Of a DNA stretch of 64,000 nt, positions 26,010-37,962 are shown piece after piece. A program made the position numbers and the translations under genes. The notes beneath the pieces were generated by a model. It was not told the origin of the DNA and made no database searches. It worked only from the letters and a program-made list of their open reading frames with translations. The stretch is taken from the NCBI GenBank assembly GCA_030390025.1, contig CM059433.1, positions 22,508,001-22,572,000 of the forward strand, in the 5' to 3' direction. Each line of letters starts with the position of its first letter. Position 1 is the stretch's first letter. This stretch comes from Squalus acanthias (taxonomy: Eukaryota).

Positions 26010-26285
26010 GTGATGGTGTTCCCATGCACCTGCTGCTCTTGTCCTTCTAGGTTAATGGGTTTTGGAGGTGCTGCCAAAGAAGTCTTGGCAATATGCTGCA
26101 GTGCATTTTATAAATGGTACACACTGCAGCCACAGTGCAGCAGTAGTGGAGGGAGTGAATGTTTAAGCTGGTGGATGGGGTGCCGATCAAGCGGACTACT
26201 TTGTCCTGGATGATGTTGAGCTTCTTGAGTATTGTTGCAGCTGCAACTATCCAGGCAAGTGGAGGGTATTCCATCACACTCCTGT
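26010..26285 (-). mobile_element. CR1-group LINE fragment (same family as 4258-6248)
   Basis: MEYPPLAWIVAAATILKKLNIIQDKVVRLIG. Confidence 0.85.
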
Positions 26286-27249
26286 GCTTTCTGGGAGTTT
26301 ATTTTTGGAATATAAGGAGGAAATGTTGGCTTAAGCACCATGGTATCATTTTTCTTTTGAATTGCATCAGGCTGCAGCTTCTTTCTAGGATTGGATTCTG
26401 TTCTGCAACTGGTAATTCCTGGTCTTGCTATAAATCAGAAATTCTATGGCATCGAACCTGATCCTGAAGTGAAACTAATGTAAAGTGGCAGACAATTTTC
26501 CAAGAAAGGAACTTTAAATCATATAAGCTCATACTTTTAAAATGGATATTCATTAAGTTTTGTAAAACAAAACTCAACTCCCAATTTGGAATCAATGTGG
26601 ATCTAATTTCTATATGGCCTTCCTGAAACAAGACACCAGTGACTAAGCTCCTAATGATGTGGGGCATAAAGGTTGATGAAGATTCAGAATATTGGCAACC
26701 ATAACTCCAGTAGAACCCCTCCCACGTGCTAAAAGGCCCTGAGCATCCACCCCTCCCTCCACCGCCCCCTCCCCCACACCCCCCCCGCCCAGTGCAATGT
26801 TGCTTCGCGTCAGTTTTATTTTCCCTCATCCCTTTTCCTGCTCCTTATGCCAGGATTGTTTATTAAAGTAGCCTATCTTTATTACTTACTATGTCAGACA
26901 GAAAAAGAGTATCAATAGATTTATTTGTACAATCGCAGTGCAAAAGGAAAGCATTTATGCTTCAGTGTTTGCAGGTAGATCTTTTATGAATCTATTTCTA
27001 AATTCTTTTACTGCAGATATCCATCCCCCTCCCACTTCCACACACCAGCTAGCCAACCCCCATGAAACGTTTGACTCACAGTGGACAATGCCATGAATAG
27101 TCACTGCTTTCACTGCTTTAGTAGAAATTAAACAACGGTAAAATGTCAACATGCAAAGGATCTTTTGTCACACATATAGCATGCTTTATTTACTAAATAA
27201 ACAATCCCTTGGACTTAGAAACCTACATTTTCTTCAGCAAAGTTAACAA

Positions 27250-27910
27250 CATAGGAAAAGCAGTAAGCCATTCAGCCCCTCGAGCCTGTTTCGCCATTCA
27301 ATTAGATCATGGCTGATCTGTATCTTAACTCCATTTACTCACTTCATATCCCTTGATACCCTTACCTAACAAAAATTTATCGATCTCAGACATGAAAATT
27401 TCAATTGACCCAACATCCATAGCCTTTTGGGGGAGAGAGTTCCAGATTTTTACTACCCTTTGTATAAAAAAGAGCTTCCTGATTTCAGTTGCCTGGCTCT
27501 AATTTTAAGATTATGGCCTCTTGTTCTGGATTCTCCCACCAGAGGAAATAGTTTCTCTTACTACCCTATCAAATCCTTTTATCACTTCGAGCACCTTGAT
27601 TAAATCAGCCTTCAATCTTCTATACTCAAGGGAATACATGCCAAGTTTATGCAAACTGTCTTCCTAATTTAACCCTTTAAGACCTGGTACCATTCTGGTG
27701 AATTTATGCTGCACCCCATCCAAGGCCAATATATCCTTCCTGAGGTGCGGTGCCCAGAACTGAGCGCAGTGCTCCAAGTGGGGTCTGACCAAGGCGCTAT
27801 AGAACTGAAGAATAACTCCTTCCTCCTTGTAATCCAGCATTCTTGAGATAAAGGCCAACATCCCATCAGCCTTTTTGACTACTTTTAGTACCTGCCTACT
27901 TGCTTTTAGT
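27250..27910 (-). mobile_element. CR1 LINE 3' fragment
   Basis: ILQFYSALVRPHLEHCAQFWAPHLRKDILAL. Confidence 0.85.
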
Positions 27911-27936
27911 TACTTCAGAAAAATGTTATGGATTTT

Positions 27937-28104
27937 GGCCCTGAAATTCGGCAGGGCTTCTTTGGCAGTAGAGCAGTGTAACCTTGTGAGAAACGGTGTA
28001 TTTGGCCATTTTTAGTCATTTATGTAATTTCTCTACAGACTCCTCTGGTCTCCCGCCAATATTATGGCAGGAGATCAGGAGAACTCCAGTGGAATTTCGG
28101 GGCC
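27937..28104. mobile_element. Short Harbinger-type MITE (168 bp)
   Basis: TIR ggccctgaaattc / gaatttcggggcc. Confidence 0.7.
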
Positions 28105-28819
28105 TATATGTTTTACCTTGTTTCGAACAAATTTTCCACCCTCCTCAAATGGTTTTATCTGTTGCTATTGCGATCAGTGTTTTTACATTGCTGGATGGGG
28201 AGAGCGGAGGAAGTAACTTGGTTAGCATAAAACAAATCCTGGCCAGTCTTGAATAACCAGTCTTACTGTCATTCATTTTAAAAATAATCTGTGGGCACAT
28301 GTATATAGTGGGAGTTGCAGCTTGATACCTTGTTGAATTTCTTCAGCTGACGGTGATAACACTGGCAACCCCCATTAACTCAAGCCTCAGGCTTCCTCAG
28401 TGAAACACAAGCCTGAGATAGAAACTGTCAGAAAGTGCAACTGTATAGATTAGTTTAATAATCTTCTGACCTTATTATGCTACAAACCTTATTTCCAGCT
28501 CTAAGTCCTCAAGACAAAGCAAGATGGCAGCTAAAAGGATTTTCAAAAGAATATTTAGATTGACTTCATTCATTCTTCTTTTCTTATTGGTAGTTTTTGC
28601 TGACTGCCCATTGTTGATTATTTTTACATGCTCATAATCACTTTTCATTGGAAGTTTATGTGCTTACTTTTGATTGGTACCTGATTGGATTGGCAAATTC
28701 CTAACCATTCAGTTGTGATTTACTGCAGTTTTATGAATATGAAATATGAAATTAACTGCAACTGTGATGCCTGAAGTGTAATGGACCCAAACTGACACTA
28801 GTATGAAGACTTTTATATA

Positions 28820-29630
28820 CAACAAGAACAACATGCATTTATATAGCGCCTTTAACATAGTAAAAATTCCCAAGGTGCTTCACAGGAGCGTTATCAAATA
28901 AATTTGACACTGAGCCACATACAGAGATATTTGGTCAAAGAGGTAGGTCTTAAGGAGGAGAGAGAGGTAGAGCGGTGGAGAGGTTTAAGGAGGGAATGCC
29001 AAGGCTAAGCGCCTAGGCAGCTGAGGCATAGCCGGCAATGGTGGGGTGATTAAAATCGGGGAGGCACAAGAGGTCAGTATTGGAGGAGCACAGAGATCTT
29101 GGAGGGTTGAATGGCTGGAGGAGGTTACAGAGATAGGGAGGGGCAAGGCCATGTAGGGATTTGAAAACAAGGTTGAGAATTTTAAAATTGAGGCGTTGCT
29201 GGACTGGGATCCAATTTAGGACATCGAGGACAGGGGTGTTGGGTGAATGGGACTTGGTGCGAGTTAGGACACGGGCAACAGAGTTTGGATGACCTCATGT
29301 TTACGTAGGGTAGAACATGGCAGGCCAGTCAGAGAGCATTGGAATAGTCAAGTCTCGAGATAACAAAGGCATGGATGAGGGTTTCAGCAGCAGATGGGCT
29401 GAGGCAGGGGCGGAAACGGGCAATGTTATGGAGGTTGAAGTAGGCGGTCTAGGTGATAGAAATGATATGCAGTCGGAAGCTCAGCTCAGGGTCAAATAGA
29501 ACCCAAGGTTGCAAAAGTTCTGGTTCAGCCTCAGACAGTGGCCAGGGAGAGCGATGGAGTTGGTGGTTAGGAAACAGTGTTTGTGGTGGTGACCGAAGAC
29601 AATGGCTTCCGTCTTCTAATATTTAATAGG
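28820..29630 (-). mobile_element. L2 LINE 3' fragment
   Basis: Typical L2 tail in reverse (caacaa...gcatttatatagcgcctttaac) plus C-terminal ORF2 remnants. Confidence 0.75.
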
Positions 29631-30573
29631 AGGATATGTCTCACTATAACTCAATAGATCTGTGACAGTTGCTTTCTGAACAGTTGATATTCTAGCTGGC
29701 AGTATTGGCTTGGTTTCAATAAAACCACTTATGTGGCTGGAGAAAAGTAGCTATTTTACCCAGTCTGATTGACCCCTATAACTGATTGAGTGTGTGGGAG
29801 AGAGTGAGAGTGAGGGAGAAATGGCATGGGTGTATACACCAAGAAAAGGCGAATAAAAGGGTAGAAATACAAAACAGACTATCCATGTGGAAGGCCAAGT
29901 TGTTTCATTGCTAAAAGCAAACGTGCCTTCTCTTCCTGTGACAAACATGTCCCTAATGTGAACAATCGGGAATTCCATTCATCGATAGAAATAAACGGCT
30001 TTCTTCAGTGTTTCCACGTATCTTCCACTGAAGTTACAGCGGACAATCGGGAGAAACCCCTGTGGAAATTCAACCACTCTGCCTTTTCCTTAGAAAGTCA
30101 TTAAAATATTTGCTACTTCGGTGCTTCTCTTCAAATCTTGTATCTTATTCCTGGCTTCAAGTGAGAAAGTTTGTCTGGACAGAGTTTATATATTGGCACT
30201 GTTTTACATATTACATACATCGAGTCTACAGCACAGAAACAGGCCATTCGGCCCAACTGGTCCATGCCGGTGTTTATGCTCCACACGTGCCCTCTCCAAC
30301 CCCACATCATCTAAGCCTATCAGCATAATCTTCTACTCCTCCAGAAACAGATTAACTGGTCATTCATCTCATTTGCTGTGTGCAAATTGGCTGTTGTTTT
30401 TGCCAACAAAGTGACAATGACTGAACTTCAAATGTATTTCCTTGGTTGTAAAGCACTATAGGATGATGATGATGGGGTTAACAACAAGCATTTATATAGT
30501 ACCTTTAATGTTCAAAAGTATTCCAAATAGCCTCACATTACATAGTCAAAAAATCAACACTGATCCAAACAGA

Positions 30574-30995
30574 CCCAGGACATCGCTGCTTTGAGTTCCT
30601 CAGGGCAGTATCCTAGGCCCAATCATCTTCAGCTGCTTCATCAATGACCATCCCTCCAACATAAGGTCAGAAATGGGGATATTCACTGATGACTGCACAG
30701 TGTTCAGTTCCATTCACAACTCCTCAGATAATGAAGCAGTCCATGCCCGCATGCAATAAGACCTGGACGACGTTCAGGCTTGGGCTGATAAGTGGCAGGT
30801 AACATTCCCGCCACACAAGTGCCAGGCAATGACTATCTCCAACAAGCGAGAGGTTAACCACCACCCATTGATATTCAACGGCATTACCATCACCGAATCC
30901 CCCACCATCAACATCCTGGGGGTCACCATTGACCAGAAACTTAACTGGACCAGCCACACAAATACTGTAGCAACAAGAGCAGGTCAGAGGCTAGG
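30574..30995 (+). mobile_element. CR1-group LINE, 5' part (split by the Harbinger insertion)
   Basis: PQGSILGPIIFSCFIND...ILGVTIDQKLNWTSHTNTVATRAGQRLG; continues at 34994. Confidence 0.9.
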
Positions 30996-31111
30996 GAGAG
31001 AGAGAGACTTCTACATTGACTCAACGCTTTGTGAGGTAGTTTTGCCTAGTTCATCCTAACTTTGCTGCTACTTTCGTTGCTGTACCTCATTACTTTTCTG
31101 GCAAAGAGAAG

Positions 31112-32272
31112 ATGGGGGCTGCAATGATTGGGGGCGTCGTCCTGCTCCAGCTCAATCGGAGCAGAGTGAGACGCAGACAGAGAGTGGCAATGATGGCCAG
31201 ACGGAGGAGGCCCATCAGGCGCATGTACAGGAGAGCTTACCCTCCCAGGGTATATCGTGAACAGCTCTCCTACATCCACATGTCCGAGGAGCTGTGTTTG
31301 CGAAGGCTGCGATTCAGCAAGGAGGTGGTCACTGAGCTCTGCCACCTGCTGCAGCCAGATCTGCAGCCTCAGCTGAGGTCCAGGACGTCTCTGTCGGTGG
31401 CAGTGAAGGTCACAGTGGCCTTGAACTTCTACGCCACTGGCTCATTCCAAGCTGCTGTTGGGGACCTCGCCAATATCTCCCAGTTTGCGGTGCATCGCTG
31501 CATTCGGCAGGTCACCAATGCCCTCTTCACAAGGAGACGAGACTTCATCTCCTTCCCTATGACCCCAGACAAGCAGCATGACCGTGCTATGGGCTTTGCG
31601 AGGGTAGCGGGCTTCCCCATGGTGCAGGGCGCCATTGACTGCACGCATGTGGCTTTGCGTGCTCCGCGAGAGAATGCAGAGGAGTTCCGGAACAGAAAGG
31701 GGTTCCATTCCTTGAATGTGCAGTTGGTCTGTGACCACAGACAGGTGATTCTCGCTGTCAATGCCCACTATCCGGGCAGCTGCCACGATGCTTTCATCCT
31801 GCGCCAGAGTACTGTGGCAGAAATTTTCGAGGCACCGCATCAGCCAGTTGGTTGGCTTCTGGGGGACAAGGGGTACGCATTGAGCACCTGGCTGATGACA
31901 CCGCTCCGTGCGCCAAACACCCCTGCTGAGCTGCGGTACCAGGAAAGCCAACAAGCAACGAGGAACATTATTGAGCGCACAATCGGCGTGCTCAAACAAC
32001 GATTCCGCTGTCTGGACCATTCCGGAGGAGCCCTGCAGTACTCGCCTGAGCAAGTTTCCAAATTCGTAGTGGTGTGCTGCATGTTGCACAACATGGCAAT
32101 CCTCAGGACGCAGCCAATGCCACCAGGCCTTGCAGCACCACAAGAGGAGGAGGAGGAAGAGGAGGAACAGGCCGAGGACGATGATCAGCAGCAGCACCAA
32201 GGCAGGAGGGCGGCCCACAATGGTCAAACTGCAAGGGCCGTCCGTCAACGACTAATAGCAAGCCGCTTCTAG
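31112..32272 (+). CDS. Intact PIF/Harbinger DDE transposase (HARBI1-family nuclease), 386 aa, single exon
   Basis: Uninterrupted ATG-to-TAG ORF; HTH-like N-terminal region; catalytic motifs GAIDCTHV, LLGDKGY and IERTIGVLKQRFRCL; also RKGFHSLNVQLVCD and [10 protein letters not shown]; acidic C-terminal tail. Confidence 0.95.
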   Translation: MGAAMIGGVVLLQLNRSRVRRRQRVAMMARRRRPIRRMYRRAYPPRVYREQLSYIHMSEELCLRRLRFSKEVVTELCHLLQPDLQPQLRSRTSLSVAVKVTVALNFYATGSFQAAVGDLANISQFAVHRCIRQVTNALFTRRRDFISFPMTPDKQHDRAMGFARVAGFPMVQGAIDCTHVALRAPRENAEEFRNRKGFHSLNVQLVCDHRQVILAVNAHYPGSCHDAFILRQSTVAEIFEAPHQPVGWLLGDKGYALSTWLMTPLRAPNTPAELRYQESQQATRNIIERTIGVLKQRFRCLDHSGGALQYSPEQVSKFVVVCCMLHNMAILRTQPMPPGLAAPQEEEEEEEEQAEDDDQQQHQGRRAAHNGQTARAVRQRLIASRF

Positions 32273-32566
32273 GACCCCTGCCAGTGCTACAAACACGAAT
32301 CAACCCAGCACGCAACCCCTAAGCCGGCCAAGGCACCAATAATTCCAACCACCAGCCATGTATATTTTGAATACAGAAACTTATTTATTGTACAAACTCT
32401 GTGTGTGTCAATTCCTCATGAGAAACTCATAGAAATAAACACCAAAAAACAGTCAATAACATAACTGGTTCTCACAACCTGGAGATAATGTCCAAAACAC
32501 TAAACAAAAGTTGGGCCATGAACCTCGGCCTTTAATAAAAAAATGACCAGCATTTTGGCACACATC

Positions 32567-34739
32567 CTACTTTTTGCCCTTCGAGGGTGATCTCCTTCCC
32601 TTGCGCACTTCCCCCCTTCTAACCCTACTGCTCCTCCGTAATGGGACCTCAGTGGCTGCAGCAAGGCTGGTGGAAGGCTGCTGCTTGTCAGACCCTGACA
32701 CTGCAGATGCCCCTGAAGGCCGGCCTCGACCACTTCTGGGCCTGGAGGGCCCGGCTGCAGACTGCACCAACTCTGCATGGGCGGCAGCAGTCTGTCCTAC
32801 AGGCGGTGGCAAGTGCAGTGGAGAAGTGACAGTGTTGGCAGCAGGAATGCTGTCATCGTGAGAGAGGACAGCAACTCCCTGCTCGCCCGACACACTGGCA
32901 CTCCCACGGGGCAGCACTTCAGCATCCGGAGCAATTTGCCTGAGAACAGATTGCTGGCCTGCTGCGGCGCGGTGACAGCCCCGGGGACATGTGCACGAAC
33001 CATCGAGGATGGCAGCAGTCAGTGCTCGCGTGGCCTCAATCTGAGTCTGCATGAGAGCAGGCTCAGATAGGTTCCTGGCAGCCAGTGACTGAATTGCAGC
33101 AGTAAGCTTTAGTGTGGCATCCGCCTGTGCTACAGCGAAGTGCTCCACACTCCTTGCCAGTGCCTCAATGCATTCGGGCACCCTTCCCACTGCACCCATG
33201 AGCTCAGTGTGCATGACCACCGCCTGGCTGTTCATTTCTGCAATCATCCGCTCCTCCTCTGCGTCCATTGCATTAGGAGTGTCTGGCATACTCTCCCTCT
33301 GGGGAGAAGGCTCCCGTTCTTCCCTCCCCCCCCATGGCGTTGCTGCAGCCCGCTGGGTCCTGGAACTTCACCATCATCAGCCCCTTCCCCCCTGCTCCCC
33401 CGTTCTTCCCTCCCCCCCCCATGGCGTTGCTGCAGCCCGCTGGGTCCTGGAACTTCACCATCATCAGCCCCTTCCCCCCTGCTCCCCTCCGGGGAAGGCG
33501 TGTTCCCAGTGTGGCCATGGGCTTCCTCGGGAGAGGGTGGCACTGATGCTCCGGCTTCCTCCTCAGCTGCAGCATCACTCCCAGTGGCAGCTTCAGGGAC
33601 CATCTCCTCAGCTGGTGAATCACCATCTGAAAGCAGGGAGGTACAAGAGTGGCTTTAGCGTGAGGACAGGGTGGCAGTAAGGGAGGAATAAGTGCAGCGA
33701 GTTAGCAAGTTGGATTGAAAGTGTCAAAGGCTGGTATTGTGAGGGACAAGTGGAAGGACAGAGGACAAAAAGGTGATGACCTTACCATTGCTGTCCACAA
33801 CGGGGTCGGCGTCTCCAGTGGCGACGGGACCGATCACCCGGCTTGCCACAATCCTGTGGACGCGCTCCTCCAGATCGCTGAGGGGTTGCAGCTGAAGCCG
33901 CCCTCCACCCGTCCGTTGCTGCTGTCTCCGATTATGAGCCAGCTTAGCCTGCAAGAAAAAGGACAGCATCTGAGTCAATATACAGCCATGGTCTTGCCTG
34001 ATGTGCCTCCCATAGGTGAATAGCCCTTACAATATGCAGCCATGGTCTTGCCTGATGTGCCTCCCATAGGTGAATAGCCCTTACAATATGCAGCCATGGT
34101 CTTGCCTGATGTGCCTCCCATAGGTGAATAGCCCTTACAATATGCAGCCATGGTCTTGCCTGATGTGCCTCCCATAGGTGAATAGCCCTTACAATATGCA
34201 GCCATGGTCTTGCCTGATGTGCCTCCCATAGGTGAATAGCCCTTACAATATGCAGCCATGGTCTTGCCTGATGTGCCTCCCATAGGTGAATAGCCCTTAC
34301 AATATGCAGCCATGGTCTTGCCTGATGTGCCTCCCATAGGTGAATAGCCCTTACTGTATGCAAAGTGTGGAATGTGTGTGTGTGTTTGATGAAAGGGCCA
34401 TAGGTGTTGGATGAGTGTTGTGCATTGGGGTTTTAAGACCCTCTGGCCATAGAGTGAGGTTGAGATGGAGGGATGGAGAGGTATTGAGAAAAAGCCACTC
34501 ACCCTGACGACCCGAGTGAGGTCGTTGAACTTCTTGCGGCACTGGACATGGGTCCTGGGCACCATGCTCCTGGAGGAGACGCTCTGAGCCACCTCCCTCC
34601 ACACTCTTCTGAACTCGCGTGGCAAAGGCCTCCTGCCACTCTCTGGGAACAGCATGCATCGTCTGCGCTCCACTGCGTCAACCAGAGCATCCAAGGCCCG
34701 CTCGGTGAAGCGATGAGCGCGTTCTCTCACCCTCTCCAT
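32567..34739 (-). CDS. Harbinger Myb/SANT (NAIF1/MYPOP-like) DNA-binding protein. Exons 34739-34503, 33948-33786, 33626-32567. One 1-nt frameshift in a G run (33326-33333); 486 aa if restored.
   Basis: Exon 1 MERVRERAHRFTERALDALV...W..VA...QCRKKFNDLTRVVR (237 nt); GT-AG introns with consistent phases 0 and 1; exon 2 AKLAHNRRQQQRTGGG; exon 3 acidic linker, helical region and basic C-terminus. Confidence 0.85.
33313..33488. repeat. 87-bp tandem duplication in Myb exon 3
   Basis: atggcgttgctgcagcc at 33334 and 33421; duplicated peptide GSRGEGADDGEVPGPSGLQQRHGGG. Confidence 0.9.
33976..34362. repeat. 54-bp tandem array, 7 essentially identical units, in Myb intron 1
   Basis: Unit gccatggtcttgcctgatgtgcctcccataggtgaatagcccttacaatatgca starts at 33985, 34039, 34093, 34147, 34201, 34255 and 34309. 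Confidence 0.95.
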
Positions 34740-34993
34740 TCTTGGCAGCAAAATGGATTACAGGTCTCTCCAGGCTGAGATTCAAGGCTGCAATGAGCAG
34801 GGTGTGGCTGGGGAGCAAGTGGCCCCCCCCGCTTTAAGAAGTGTCCGGCGTCAGTGTGTCTGTGTTCCCGCGCTAACTGGCAGCAGCTGCGCTGCGCTCG
34901 TGCGCTGAGTTAGCGCCTCACTCCTAGGCCTTTGCGCCTTAAGAGAGGTGTGCAGCGCCTAATTTAGCGCTCCACTCACCTCCCGGGGCGGTA

Positions 34994-35585
34994 AATTCTG
35001 CGGCGAGTATCTCACCTCCTGACTCCCCAAAGCCTTTCCACCATCTACAAGGCACAAGTAAGGAGTGTGATGGAATACTCTCCACTTGCCTGGATGAGTG
35101 CAGCTCCAACAACTCTCAAGAAGCTCGACACCATCCAGGACAAAGAAGCCCACTTGATTGGCACCCCATCCACCAGCTTAAACATTCATTCCCTCCACCA
35201 CCGGCGTACCGTGGCTGCAGTGTGTACCATCTACAAGATGCACTGCAGCAACTCACCAAGGCTTCTTCGGCAGCACCTCCCAAACCCGCAACCTCTTCCA
35301 CCTAGAAGGACAAGGGCAGCAGGTGCATGGGAACACCACCACATCCAAGTTCCCTTCCAAGTCACACACCATCCTGACTTAGAAGTATATCGCCGTTCCT
35401 TCATCGTCGCTGGGTCAAAATCCTGGAACTCCCTACCTAACAGCACTGTGGGAGTACCTTCACCACACGGACTGCAGCGGTTCGAGAAGGCGGCTCACCA
35501 CCACCTTCTCAAGGGCAAATAGGGATGGGCAATAAATGCTGGCCTTGCCAGCGACGCCCACATCCCATAAACAAATTAAAAAAAA
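34994..35585 (+). mobile_element. CR1-group LINE, 3' part with A-rich tail
   Basis: ORF 35067-35522 is nearly identical to 4321-4842; AATAAA and A-tail. Confidence 0.9.
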
Positions 35586-36829
35586 CAAGGGAGGGTTTTT
35601 ATGTTTGGTCCAAGAGGTGGGTTTTAAGGAGGAGAGGGCGGTGGAGAGCTGAGGGGTTTAAGGAGGAAATTCCAGAGCTTGCGGCTGAAGACACAGGCAC
35701 CAATAATGGGACAAGAGGAGCGGTGAATGTCCTGAGGAAGTGAAAGGAGCTATATCAATGCAAGTTCTTTCTTTAACTCAACAGGAAAATTGACCCTTCA
35801 GTGTTCACATCACAAAGTAAACGCACATTTATTGAATAAAATTCCTTTTCTGTTTCACAATACAGATTAATTCCGATAAAGGTTGTAAGGGCGTGATTGA
35901 TATTTGAAATTACTCTGTAATACTTAGATTTTTTTCAACTATTAGGAGTCTATAGATCAATAAACAGAAGGATATTATTATGTGTAGAACTATTGAGGTG
36001 AGATTCCAGCCAAAGATAAATGCAAGAGATGAACTTTCTTTGAACTTCTGCAATGCGGTTGCCATTATCAGGAAGCCTTGCTCTTGGCTGGATGACTTTA
36101 CTAACTATAGTGACAGACATATGTCATCAGTGTCACAGAGGTTGATTATAAAAGCTCACAACTCATTATAACCATGGTAATAGAGTTAATTAACTGTGAG
36201 AAACATTCCTGTGCTAAATGACTATCAATGAACCTCGAAGAAAAGGCCAGGAAAAATGGTTGAATTAGTTGTCGGAGTTGAGTGCGGAGAAATGGAAGAT
36301 TTGAGCCATGCTGCAAGAGTACAATGTAAGAATCAAACCTCCTTTCTAACAATGAATTATTGTTTAAAGACACACACATCAACACATTGCTGTTATTTTT
36401 AATGTTACGACTCTAACAATAGATGGTTTACTATTAGGGTTTATAAGTTTATATAATATATAGTGTTAAAGAGGAATGCATTTTTTTCTGGGAAAAAAAA
36501 CCTGATGTCAGCTGTTGTATCTTCCGACATCACGACTGTGTATAGCACTGGGCTGGGAATTCCCCATAGCCTGCTGCCCATTATTGTGGTGTAAATCAGA
36601 TGGCTGGTAGCAGAAAATGAGCAAGAGTTCTGCCCACTGTTTTCCCCAGTGTAGTATCCTAGGATTGGACCAGTGGCATTGGAGGCACCCACCTGAAACA
36701 GGAGAGTGCTTCAGCTGAATATGTTTTGGGGAAAGTGTCTATCCTGCACACCAGGCTGACAGCAAATGGCCATGTTGGACATCTTGGGGTGAACTTTCAC
36801 TCTTGTTTTACACTCTGCCCGATTTTGAC

Positions 36830-37500
36830 TGCGTCACTCTCTCTGTAGGGAACAAGTTGTAGGTGTTCCTCTTGGGGTAGGGAGTCTTGGTGACTTCCCT
36901 GATACCGCAGTGGACTGTGAACTGTGATATGTCACTGACGTCACCTGCTACAGCCAGGAAGGAGCCTGTGGCATGAAGGTTAAAGGCCATGGTGACCATG
37001 ACGGCCACAGGCAGTACTGACCATGTCCTGATTCGAGACTCGGGTTGTGGCTGCAGCAATTGACATAGCTCAGTGATAAACTCCTTTGTGAAGCGAAGGC
37101 ATCTTACACATTGCTCCTCAGAGATGTTCAGGTCGGAGAAGTGCTCCCTGAAGACCAAGTGTGGATATGGCCTCCTGTGCAGTGCCCTCATCCTCCCTCT
37201 TCACCTAGTTGCTCCTGCTCTCTGCTGTCTTCCTTGCTGTTCCCCTCCTCATCCAGCTCCAAAGGCAGCCCTACCAGACCACCCATGATTGCAGTCAAAC
37301 TGGTTATAAAGCAGTCAAAAACAATGCAGCACCAGCAAAGTCTTCTTCACAGCAGTCAGAATTACATTTTCCATCAGAAAACAGGCCAAGAAACAGCAGC
37401 CTCCAATGACAAACCAGCAACTAATCTGCAGTACTGCATGAGCCCTTTAAGTAGTGCAGCTAAAGGATCCTTCCTGTCTGTTAGTGCCACGTGTTGCTGG
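36830..37500 (-). pseudogene. Harbinger transposase 5' remnant
   Basis: RRPYPHLVFREHFSDLNISEEQCVRCLRFTKEFITELCQLLQ...PVAVMVTMAFNLHATGSF. Confidence 0.8.
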
Positions 37501-37826
37501 ATGAGTTAATCACGGGGCGAATCCAGCACTGGGGCAGGCCAATATCAGAAAAGGGTCTTCCATAAAGCAAAGGACCCTACTTTGATTATATGATTCAGTG
37601 TTTTCCATAGGAACATAGGAACAGGAGTCGGCCATTCTGCCCCTCAAGCCTGTTCTGCCACTCAATTGGATCATTGCTGATCTGTATCTTAAATCCATCT
37701 ACCCGCCTTGGTTCCATGACCCTTAATACATTTGCCTAACAAAAATATTTATCAATCTCAGTTTTGACATTTTCAATTGACCCCACCTCAATAGCTTTTT
37801 TGGGGAAGAGTTCCAGATTTCCACTA

Positions 37827-37962
37827 ATACAAAAGCAAAATACTGCGGATGCTGGAAATCTGAAATAAAAACAGAAAATGCTGGAAATACTCAGCAGGTC
37901 AGGCAGCATCTGTGGAGAGAGAAACAGAGTTAACATTTCAGGTCGATGACCCTTTGTCAGAA
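37827..37962 (-). mobile_element. Penelope pseudo-LTR fragment with a decayed hammerhead core, inside CR1 debris
   Basis: Reverse complement of 61976-62110. Confidence 0.75.

Larger units (their letters stand above)
30996..34993. mobile_element. Young two-gene PIF/Harbinger transposon lacking recognisable terminal inverted repeats
   Basis: Convergent transposase and Myb genes; the flanking LINE reads ...cagaggctagg | aattctgcggcgag... Confidence 0.9.

Noticed and set aside
31442..32248. 268-aa antisense ORF
   Set aside because: A shadow of the GC-rich transposase ORF with no recognisable motifs.
31112..32272. Host gene HARBI1
   Set aside because: It lies in a transposon inserted into a young LINE and has many decayed paralogues in the window. 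It belongs to the same protein family, but there is no evidence of orthology, so no symbol is given.
33976..34362. CRISPR-like array
   Set aside because: Units are head-to-tail and identical with no unique spacers; there are no cas genes and the context is a eukaryotic intron.
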